From PVC group bacterium (GTDB lineage: Bacteria; Auribacterota; Erginobacteria; Erginobacterales; Erginobacteraceae), in assembly GCA_043804695.1 (NCBI GenBank), contig JAZDIV010000129.1, positions 1 through 17,697 on the forward strand: 17,697 nucleotides of DNA. The letters run 5' to 3'. The notes under the pieces were generated by a model. It saw only the letters and a list, made by a program, of their open reading frames with translations, made no database searches and was not told the DNA's origin. The translations under genes and the position numbers were made by a program. The first letter of the stretch is position 1, and the number at the start of each line of letters is the position of its first letter. Below, one piece after another: positions 7,684 through 14,659 of this stretch.

Positions 7684-7946
7684 TAGCACATGAACTTATT
7701 CACCTGCCGGATGAACCGGCAGGGGTCTTTTGGATAGGGGCTGCAGCCCCTTTAGCTGATGAACTTATTCACCCGTCACACAAGGTGACGGGGGTCTGTT
7801 AATATGTTGAGAGAAGCGATATAGCTTATGAACTGATTCACCTGCGACACCCCGAAAAGCTGCTTCGCATCATCGGGGGAGGCCAAGGTCGCAGGGATCT
7901 TCACCCCCCTGACGTTTATCGTCGGGGAGCGGAAGTTCAGAAGCTA
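7684..7946. repeat. Array of four structured ~45-bp units (three direct, one inverted)
   Basis: TAGCnnATGAACTkATTCA followed by 8-bp stem, 5-nt loop, 8-bp stem at 7684, 7753 and 7822 (69-bp period). Inverted unit with the same geometry at 7946-7902. Confidence 0.9.
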
Positions 7947-7981
7947 ATCCGCCGGTTTCGCCCACAATTGCGCTACCCGGG

Positions 7982-8791
7982 TTAGAACTTTACAAAGCGG
8001 TGGAGGGTTTTCTCGAAGCCGTTGTGCCTATCAACAAAATTGCTGACGTCAACATTCGCTACTTTCTTCCCTGCTTTCGCGATTCCCCTCAGACCTGCGG
8101 GGGAATCGAGGAGACCGGCCGGCATTTTCTGTACAGCCCGATTGCCGCCGTCGGTGTCGGCAATACCGGAGAGCAGTTCAGCGGCGTGATACGGGATCTG
8201 GAGAACAGCGTCATTTGTCGAATAACAGTTGATTATTTCTCCCAGAACGGCCCGGGATGTCCCGGCCCATGATTCTCCGGACGGGACGGCGGCACCGAGC
8301 AGGTACACCTTCTTCACCTCTGTTCCTCCTTTTGCCAGAGATTCAAGACAAGTCTTGATAACCCGGGCACCGAGACTGTGGCCCATCAGGATCACCTTCT
8401 CCGATGAACCGGTCGAAGAAACATGCCGGGCGAGTTCCTCACCGGCCGATATCGCCTGCGCTTTCGAGTCCTGCCACCTCTCACGGGAACCGTGGAGCGC
8501 CTGAACCGCCAAATCGGCCGCGCCCTTGAAACCTTTTCTCACGACACCGGCCAGGCCTTCCGCGAAGTCCTCAAGAAGGGCCGCGTAGTCGAACGACTCC
8601 CAATAAAAACCGTCAATTTCACCCCGGAAACCGGCCCGGCGGCACGAATGGGCCCAAGCCCGGTAATCCTTATCTCGGAACTCCCGGGAATGGAAACAGC
8701 CGTGGATGAGAATGAGCTTCTCTCCCCGGGAGCCGGGGAGGGACTTGAGTATCCGGATCAGATCGGAGTGTACTTTGTTCTGTTCAGTCAT
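7982..8791 (-). CDS. Alpha/beta hydrolase, DUF726/TMCO4-like lipase family
   Basis: LIHG, nucleophile elbow GHSLGARVI, LLGAA, NCYSTNDAVL and NVDVS..V..H motifs. Confidence 0.82.
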   Translation of the reverse strand: MTEQNKVHSDLIRILKSLPGSRGEKLILIHGCFHSREFRDKDYRAWAHSCRRAGFRGEIDGFYWESFDYAALLEDFAEGLAGVVRKGFKGAADLAVQALHGSRERWQDSKAQAISAGEELARHVSSTGSSEKVILMGHSLGARVIKTCLESLAKGGTEVKKVYLLGAAVPSGESWAGTSRAVLGEIINCYSTNDAVLQIPYHAAELLSGIADTDGGNRAVQKMPAGLLDSPAGLRGIAKAGKKVANVDVSNFVDRHNGFEKTLHRFVKF

Positions 8792-9154
8792 TTGGTAATC
8801 CTTCTGTCTTCCATTAACTTTAAAAGGAGAGATGAAAGAATTTTTCCAGATAAAAGTGGACTAAATCAGCTAAATACCTTTCTATTACCACAAGGACAGT
8901 GAACTTAGCTCTGTTACTGCGGGAGGACATCCCAAATACTTCGGGATAGACTCTGGCCCTCCCGGCCGACCGCTGTGTCGGCCCGATTTATTGTCCCGAT
9001 TCATTTATTCAGAAATATCGTTATAAGCACCGGAAATCCCGGTCCAACCGGATCGAGAGATGGCGGTCGGGACAGGACACTCCCCCTTCCTCAGGAAAGA
9101 GGGTGTGTATCGCGGGGCATCATGAAGGACCGGGGCGCGGATGAGGACAAATTA

Positions 9155-9183
9155 TTGCATTCTTGCCGGAATAGAGTTATATT
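9155..9183 (+). promoter_or_regulatory. Putative sigma70 promoter
   Basis: TTGCAT (9155-9160), 17 nt, TATATT (9178-9183). Confidence 0.55.
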
Positions 9184-9258
9184 TATACCTGCCCAGTGAG
9201 TTCGTTTATCGTATCGTCAAGCAGTCATTGTCGGGTTAAACCAACGGAGGTGAATGAC

Positions 9259-9378
9259 ATGTCCAAGCCAAGAGATACCAAAAAAGACACCAAAAAAAAG
9301 CCCCAGAAGACGATGAAGGAGAGACGGCAGGAAAAACGGGAAAAAAAAGAGAAAAAATATTCTTACGGTCTTTCCTGA
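9259..9378 (+). CDS. Small lysine-rich protein (39 aa)
   Basis: GGAGGTG RBS. Sequence MSKPRDTKKDTKKKPQKTMKERRQEKREKKEKKYSYGLS. Has its own promoter and 3' hairpin. Confidence 0.8.
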   Translation: MSKPRDTKKDTKKKPQKTMKERRQEKREKKEKKYSYGLS

Positions 9379-9400
9379 TGCCTTTCGGCATCAGGAAAGA
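9369..9400 (+). terminator. Strong 3' hairpin
   Basis: Perfect 14-bp stem TCTTTCCTGATGCC-TTTC-GGCATCAGGAAAGA spanning the stop codon. No clear U tract. Confidence 0.6.
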
Positions 9401-9505
9401 TGTGAACGTTGCCGCCGCCTGCACAAACAGCGACGTCCGGACATAGCGATTCCCTCATTCTCCCTTTAATAAATAGCAGGCAACAATCTGTTTCCGGTTG
9501 CGCTT

Positions 9506-10180
9506 TCAGCGTGAGGGTTGCCGCGTTTCACGGAAGCGGTGGTTTTTCGTCAGGATAACCGTCCCCTCGCCGACAAAAGCGCATTCCGCCTGCCAGCGGG
9601 CGGCCAGCCATTCAAAGGTCTCGCGGCCGAAAAAGCACACGTGCGTGGGATCGCCGATGTAATGCCAGCGCGCGAACTTCTCCCCTTCCGGCGCCAGTCC
9701 GGTCATCACCCCCAGGCTGCCGCCCGGCTTCAGGCAGCTCCATAGCCCGGCCAGTTCCCGGCCGGGATGATGAAGGTGCTCCAGCACCTCGGTGGCGGTA
9801 ATAAAATCATACTGCCCTTCCAGCGCCGACGGATTCCTTTCATAAAAATGGTCATAGAGGACCACGGTGTGGCCCGCTTCCTCGAACATGGCCGAGAGGG
9901 TCGGCCCCGGTCCGGACCCGAAATCCAGTCCCCGGCTGCCCGGCGCCAACCGCGCCTGCAGGGGAACGAACAGACGGCTCAAGAATTGCCGGTACTCCGG
10001 ATCCCCCGGACTGTTTTGATGCAGATCGTACCGGGCCTTTTCCTCATCTCCGGAGGGGAGCTGCTCCGGGGGGATAAAAATCAGCCGGCATTTACGGCAT
10101 CGGTAATAGTCGCGCCGGGGGCCGGAAAAAAATCCCTCCGTCGCTTTTTGCCCGCACAACGGACAATCCGGGTTTTTCAT
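9506..10180 (-). CDS. Class I SAM-dependent methyltransferase with N-terminal Cys (Zn) motif
   Basis: CPLC...CRKC; LDFGSGPGP; YDFITATEVLEH; WHYIGDPTHVCFF. Start uncertain (10180 or 10216). Confidence 0.9.
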   Translation of the reverse strand: MKNPDCPLCGQKATEGFFSGPRRDYYRCRKCRLIFIPPEQLPSGDEEKARYDLHQNSPGDPEYRQFLSRLFVPLQARLAPGSRGLDFGSGPGPTLSAMFEEAGHTVVLYDHFYERNPSALEGQYDFITATEVLEHLHHPGRELAGLWSCLKPGGSLGVMTGLAPEGEKFARWHYIGDPTHVCFFGRETFEWLAARWQAECAFVGEGTVILTKNHRFRETRQPSR

Positions 10181-10234
10181 GACATCGGCCGTCCCCTGTT
10201 CGAAAATCGCATTCATTCGAAAAAACCAATTAAA

Positions 10235-10330
10235 ACCACGAAGGACACGAAGAGCACGAAAGTTTGATAAAAAAGAGCCCAATCTCATTTTTGCTCAATC
10301 ATTCTTCATGTACTTCGTGAACTTCGTGGT
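10235..10330. repeat. Inverted nonamer-repeat element (CACGAAG units)
   Basis: ACCACGAAGGACACGAAGAGCACGAAA ... CTTCATGTACTTCGTGAACTTCGTGGT. Confidence 0.85.
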
Positions 10331-10376
10331 GAATATCTTCTTGATCTCAGGGAAAACCTCTAAAATACTTTTTCGC

Positions 10377-11159
10377 TTAACCCGATTTATCAATAAATCG
10401 GGTTACCTGGTAGCGGAGCCGGACACGGCCGCCCGGTTCGCCCCGGGCAGAGAGGAGCTTCAGCCGGGTGGGCCATTCGTCCGACCGCAGATCCGGCGAG
10501 GCGAAAAGATAGGGAGTAGTGCACCCGCCGATCAGGGCGGGGAGCAGCACCAGGCTGACCTCGTCCACCAGCCCGGCCCGGAGGAGGGCACCGTTCAAAC
10601 GGCTCCCCGCCGTGGAGACAACGCACTCCACTCCCAGCTTGGCCCTCATCTTCTCCATTACGGCCTTCAGGTCAACCTGTTTCTGGCCGGCGATCAGGTA
10701 GGGGATCTCCGAGCGCCGGAGAAAGGCCAGGTACTCCGGGGGCGCGCCGCGGGAAACAAGGTGCAGCGTGTGCCAGCCCTCCCATCCCGGGAATTCCTTC
10801 ATCCCGCTCCGAAGGCGGCCGCGACCGTCCACGGCGGCAAACCAGCCCTGATGATCCGGCCGCCTGACGACGGCGTCGGGCAGAAAATCCCGGTACAGCT
10901 CTTCCGGATCGAACTCGCTGAGCGGCAGCGGCGCCGGATCGTCGCCTTCCCGCACAAACGAACCGCTCCCTTCCAGGAACGCCCCGGGATGGTACAAAGA
11001 TTCCAGCTCCCGGACACCATCCTCGAGCGTGGTCTCCGAAGACCAGATCGCCTGCCATCTCTCGTCTCCGATATCCTCGAAACCCGTCCGGTTTGGTCCC
11101 AGCGATACCCTTCCATCCACCGAGGCAATAGTGTGTACTATCAAATGCGGTCGTTGCAT
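10377..11159 (-). CDS. RibD C-terminal / dihydrofolate reductase family protein
   Basis: HTIASVDGRV...VDGRGRL...AGSRLNGALLRAGLVDEVSLVLLPALIGG...VRLRY. AGGAGG RBS before ATG 11159. Confidence 0.9.
   Translation of the reverse strand: MQRPHLIVHTIASVDGRVSLGPNRTGFEDIGDERWQAIWSSETTLEDGVRELESLYHPGAFLEGSGSFVREGDDPAPLPLSEFDPEELYRDFLPDAVVRRPDHQGWFAAVDGRGRLRSGMKEFPGWEGWHTLHLVSRGAPPEYLAFLRRSEIPYLIAGQKQVDLKAVMEKMRAKLGVECVVSTAGSRLNGALLRAGLVDEVSLVLLPALIGGCTTPYLFASPDLRSDEWPTRLKLLSARGEPGGRVRLRYQVTRFIDKSG
10378..10405. repeat. 13-bp inverted repeat forming the 3' end of the RibD-like gene
   Basis: TAACCCGATTTAT-CA-ATAAATCGGGTTA. Confidence 0.85.
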
Positions 11160-11269
11160 CGATCGATACCTACCTCCTGTTGCTGACCTGATGTGTGAAT
11201 AAATTGGGTCAGTAGACATATTTTTTCGATCGAAAATATTTGTCCACTCATCCTGCTTGCCGGTGATGA

Positions 11270-11758
11270 TTACAAAAAACCGGGGAGAAGAGGGAGGAGG
11301 AGTTGTTCCAATCCGGACAGAGTCTTCTTAACGACATGGCTCAGATCCTCTCCCCACTCGTCTTTTTCAGCTTCGATCCCGAGGAGGAAGACGTCGGCCC
11401 CGGTCTCCCGCTCTAAAAACTCCATCACCAGCGCCGGGGAGAGGCCGTGGGTGGCGCAGGCTACCGAAAAAAGCTCGTCCCGTCCCAGAAGACTCCAGGA
11501 ACCCGTGGGTTTTTCCGACCGGCAGGCGTCGGCCAGGAGAATGACGTCCGGGTTATAGACCCGGACGGGACCGAGATAATTCTCCGGGGAAACGCCCGCG
11601 TCGATCACGCCCGCCTTCCCCCGGCCGATCAGGCGCCGGGCGAGGATCGCCCCCGCCCCGTCGTCACCGCGCCCGGTATTCCCGATCCCCAGCAGCAAGA
11701 CCCTCTTCCCCGCCAGGGCCCGGAGCTTGATCTCCGAAGAATTCTCAAGAGCAGACAT
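11270..11758 (-). CDS. Hydrogenase maturation endopeptidase (HycI/HybD-like)
   Basis: LLLGIGNTGRGDDGAG, PEN, ADA, ATHG and LLGI motifs. Start uncertain (11758 or 11827). Confidence 0.9.
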   Translation of the reverse strand: MSALENSSEIKLRALAGKRVLLLGIGNTGRGDDGAGAILARRLIGRGKAGVIDAGVSPENYLGPVRVYNPDVILLADACRSEKPTGSWSLLGRDELFSVACATHGLSPALVMEFLERETGADVFLLGIEAEKDEWGEDLSHVVKKTLSGLEQLLLPLLPGFL

Positions 11759-11906
11759 GATAGAACTTAGCTTTGCAACTTTTTTGACAGAACGATTTCG
11801 GAACAGGAAGATGGCCTCCAACTTCACCCCCTTTGATAGCAGGACGATTATCCGGCAGGACTATTAATTATAAAATTTTTCTTATGCCTAAATAACTCTA
11901 TCCTTA

Positions 11907-11935
11907 ATTCGTGAAAATTGTAGATTTTCACGAAT
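11907..11935. terminator. AT-rich hairpin downstream of the relE-like gene
   Basis: ATTCGTGAAAAT-TGTAG-ATTTTCACGAAT, 12-bp stem. Confidence 0.5.
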
Positions 11936-11943
11936 AATTCAAA

Positions 11944-12195
11944 CTAACGGTAAATCTCCCGGCGATGACCGATCGCCATTATCAGGATACGCTCTGGTTT
12001 CTTCTCCAGCCTGTATATGATCCTGAGAACGCCGACCCAGTATCTCCGCAATCCTCGGAACTCACCGAGGAGCACCTCTCCCCGGAGCGGATCATTACTC
12101 AAGATCCGCAATGCGTCGGCACAGCGTTTCTTCTCTACCCCCGGAAGTTTCTCTACAAACTTCCGGGCCCGTTTTGACAAAAATACCGGCGGCAT
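11944..12195 (-). CDS. RelE/ParE family toxin
   Basis: LSKRARKF..L, PLRGEVLLGEFRGLRRYWVGVLRIIY, IGHRREIYR. TGATG coupling to the antitoxin. Confidence 0.92.
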   Translation of the reverse strand: MPPVFLSKRARKFVEKLPGVEKKRCADALRILSNDPLRGEVLLGEFRGLRRYWVGVLRIIYRLEKKPERILIMAIGHRREIYR

Positions 12196-12464
12196 CAGAG
12201 GGGTTCCTCAAATACTTCCTCAAAGGAATAGACGGCTCCCTTCTCAGCGCACTTCATGTCCTCCCGGATATCTTTAACCAGGGACGGATCGGACACGACG
12301 TCCAGGGTAGCGATTAAACTTCTGAACTCTTCATAGCTGATCAGCGCGGCCGCCGGTTCCCCGTGCCGGGTAATGACGTAATGATCGTGTACCTTCTCGA
12401 CTTCTCCGATCAGCGTCGGCAGTCTCTTCCGGCATTCGCTTGCTGAGATGATCTGCGTGGACAT
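12195..12464 (-). CDS. Phd/YefM family antitoxin
   Basis: ISASECRKRLPTLI..V...YVITRHGEPAAALISYEEF. GGGAGGT RBS. GTAC/TGTACA motifs upstream at 12502-12518. Confidence 0.92.
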   Translation of the reverse strand: MSTQIISASECRKRLPTLIGEVEKVHDHYVITRHGEPAAALISYEEFRSLIATLDVVSDPSLVKDIREDMKCAEKGAVYSFEEVFEEPL

Positions 12465-12539
12465 GATTGACCTCCCTGTTATTGGATATGCACACTATAC
12501 CGTACCATCTAATGTACACTATTTCAATGATAATCAAAC

Positions 12540-12656
12540 AATCTGTGAAATCTGTGGACTGAAAAGGGGGCGAAGCGGGGGGGGGGAACCGAACGTCGAA
12601 CCTTCAACGTCGAACACCCAACGAACTTTTGCGTCTTTGGCGCTTTTTTGCGGCTA
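12540..12656 (+). repeat. Cluster of short periodic repeat half-elements
   Basis: AATCTGTGA/AATCTGTGG (12540-12557); heptamers GAACGTC GAACCTT CAACGTC GAACACC (12591-12625); TTTGCG-type ~9-mers (12628-12656). Confidence 0.65.
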
Positions 12657-12676
12657 ATAAGAAGGGGAACAGGGGG

Positions 12677-13276
12677 TCAGGCGCGGTCGGCCAGCACGAC
12701 CTCCCGCTGGCAGCGCGGGCAGAGAACCCTCATCCGGTCGGCGCGGGTGGCCTCCCGGCCGAGCGGTTCGGGCGTCGCCATACGATCCGCCCGGGCGCCC
12801 AGGAAGACGGTGGGGTTGGTGAAGGAGAGCGAACCCAGCTTATCATAGATCCACCGGAGATGGTCCCGGGTGGTAATGACATCTCCGCAGGCCTCGCAGA
12901 GAACCAGGTCCTTCCTGATGTTCTCAATCGACTCGTCACGTTCGACGCAGACCTGGTCATATTCGATCGTGTGGTTGCACCCGGTCAGGGTAGTGCAGAG
13001 CGCGTGACACTGCCCGCAGTAGATGCACATCCCATACCGCCGGATCATCTCCCGCTGCGGGGATTTCCCGGCCGGCGTATCGACGATCTCGATCGCCCCG
13101 GGCGGGCAGACCCGGGCGCAGGCTCCGCAGCCGACGCAGACGGCGTCATCCCACTTCATCTGCCCCCGGAAGGTATCGAAGGGGACGGAGGGCTTCTTCG
13201 GAAACGGCAGCGTGCACGGGCCCTTGATGACCGCCTTGATCGCTTCACCCAGTTCTCTTATTTTGGGCAATCTCAT
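12677..13276 (-). CDS. 4Fe-4S dicluster subunit (NuoI/HycF/MbhN-like) with extra C-terminal Cys pairs
   Basis: CVGCGACARVCP and CIYCGQCHALC, plus CEAC and CPRC. Start chosen at MRLPKIREL. Confidence 0.9.
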   Translation of the reverse strand: MRLPKIRELGEAIKAVIKGPCTLPFPKKPSVPFDTFRGQMKWDDAVCVGCGACARVCPPGAIEIVDTPAGKSPQREMIRRYGMCIYCGQCHALCTTLTGCNHTIEYDQVCVERDESIENIRKDLVLCEACGDVITTRDHLRWIYDKLGSLSFTNPTVFLGARADRMATPEPLGREATRADRMRVLCPRCQREVVLADRA

Positions 13277-13298
13277 TAGCTCGCTTCGCTCGATTATT

Positions 13299-13389
13299 AC
13301 CACTAAGACACCAAGACACTAAGGAAACTGAATAGGATGCTTATTTAATATTCTTCTCTCTTTTCTTAGTGTCTTTGTGTCTTGGTGGT
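13299..13389. repeat. Inverted nonamer-repeat element (CACNAAG units) inside the operon
   Basis: ACCACTAAGACACCAAGACACTAAG ... CTTAGTGTCTTTGTGTCTTGGTGGT. Confidence 0.85.
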
Positions 13390-13417
13390 TATTTTTTTTA
13401 AATTCCTAAGCGGGGAC

Positions 13418-13747
13418 TCAACCCTCCTTATCATCTTCGTACTTATCGCAGACGCTCTTCGGCCAGAGCTTGATCCCCGATTTATGAGCTCCCCGGGCAA
13501 TGGCATGAGCCGAGACCGGGGCGGTTAAAATCAAGAAGAGGATACAGAGCAAGGATTTCAGACCCGCCGGAGTGAAGCCCAGCATGAGGAAGGTTCCGAA
13601 CAGGATGCTGCAGGTTCCGAAGGTAACGCATTTCGTCGCGGCCTGGAGGCGGTTGTAAACATCGGGGAGCCGGATCAAGCCCAGGCACCCGAAAAGATCG
13701 AAACCAAGCCCGATCGCGATGAAAACCATCCCGATAACATTATTCAT
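13418..13747 (-). CDS. mnhG: Mrp/Mnh antiporter subunit G
   Basis: GLIRLPDVYNRLQAATKCVTFG and LTAPVSAHAIARGA. Start at ATG 13747. Confidence 0.92.
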   Translation of the reverse strand: MNNVIGMVFIAIGLGFDLFGCLGLIRLPDVYNRLQAATKCVTFGTCSILFGTFLMLGFTPAGLKSLLCILFLILTAPVSAHAIARGAHKSGIKLWPKSVCDKYEDDKEG

Positions 13748-14105
13748 CGAATTCCCTTCCTTCCAAATACTTGGCCAGGGCCAGCGACCCGATGAAACTC
13801 TGCAGGGCCCAGGCGATGCCGATGTCAATATACCAGCTTCTTCCGGTCGGAATCCCCAGAAGGGCGCACAGGCCGACGATTAAAATCCCCAGGATGTCGA
13901 TCGCCACCACCCGGTCGGCGGCGGTGGGTCCTTTGACGATCCTGACCATGCAAAAAACGCCCGCGAGCAGAAGGATATATAGACAGTGACGGAAGAAAGC
14001 CACGAACGGGAGGTGAGGATAGAAGAGGGTCGGGAGGTCGAAAAATACGAGGAATCCCACGACGCCCAGCAAGAGTATCGTTCCGATTATCCAGGTCGCT
14101 TTCAT
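13740..14105 (-). CDS. mnhF: Mrp/Mnh antiporter subunit F, with extra N-terminal hydrophobic segment
   Basis: RIVKGPTAADRVVAID, YIDIG and SFIGSLALAKYLEG. Confidence 0.92.
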   Translation of the reverse strand: MKATWIIGTILLLGVVGFLVFFDLPTLFYPHLPFVAFFRHCLYILLLAGVFCMVRIVKGPTAADRVVAIDILGILIVGLCALLGIPTGRSWYIDIGIAWALQSFIGSLALAKYLEGREFDE

Positions 14106-14623
14106 TCAAATATTCTCTGCAATATCCGCTCGAATTTTGTCACGATCAAACGGGTTGCCTCTTCAATGTCTTTGTCCCTGACATAAATCCAGTGAATATA
14201 GAGAACTCCCTGTTCCCGGTCGACATCGACCGTCAGTGTCCCCGGCGTGAGGGTGATGGAATTGGCGAGAAAGGTCAAACCGCTGTTCGATTTCAAAACG
14301 GTCTTCACCTTCACTATCCCGGGTTTAATGGGCAGGCGGGGGTGGGCCACCCGGTAGGCGACATCGATATTAGCCTTCAAACATTCCCAGGCCAGCACCG
14401 GCAGGTAATACAGGAACCAGAGATAGCGTCTGAAGTCTTTAAAATGATGCGGCCTTTCCACGAACATGTCACCGGTCAGAAGAGCGACCAGTAGAGAGAC
14501 CGCGGCTCCGACCAGAATTTCCTGCCACTGGGGAGGCCAGGTCAGCCCCATCCAGACTAAAAATCCCAGGATAAATAGAATGATTTTGCTCTTCAATCCG
14601 CTAATCCTTTCAATCTTGGTCAA
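14102..14623 (-). CDS. mnhE: Mrp/Mnh antiporter subunit E
   Basis: KANIDVAYRV, PGIVKV, LANSITLTPGTLTVD and LYIHW. Confidence 0.95.
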   Translation of the reverse strand: MTKIERISGLKSKIILFILGFLVWMGLTWPPQWQEILVGAAVSLLVALLTGDMFVERPHHFKDFRRYLWFLYYLPVLAWECLKANIDVAYRVAHPRLPIKPGIVKVKTVLKSNSGLTFLANSITLTPGTLTVDVDREQGVLYIHWIYVRDKDIEEATRLIVTKFERILQRIFE

Positions 14624-14659
14624 CTCCTCTTCTCAATCTCCGGTTGGGGAAAGATCATG

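Noticed and set aside
7690..7900. Integron attC sites, dif-like sites or hammerhead ribozyme
   Set aside because: No consistent RYYYAAC/GTTRRRY ends and no XerD arm. CTGATGA occurs in only one unit, without the rest of the hammerhead core.
7684..7946. CRISPR array
   Set aside because: The period is CRISPR-like, but stems differ between units with compensatory changes, one unit is inverted, and no cas genes are in the window.
8920..9115. Structured RNA gene in the hairpin-rich intergenic region
   Set aside because: Several short hairpins but no tRNA or known ncRNA pattern; more likely decayed palindromic repeats.
10179..11186. 335-aa plus-strand ORF
   Set aside because: Antisense shadow of the RibD-family gene.
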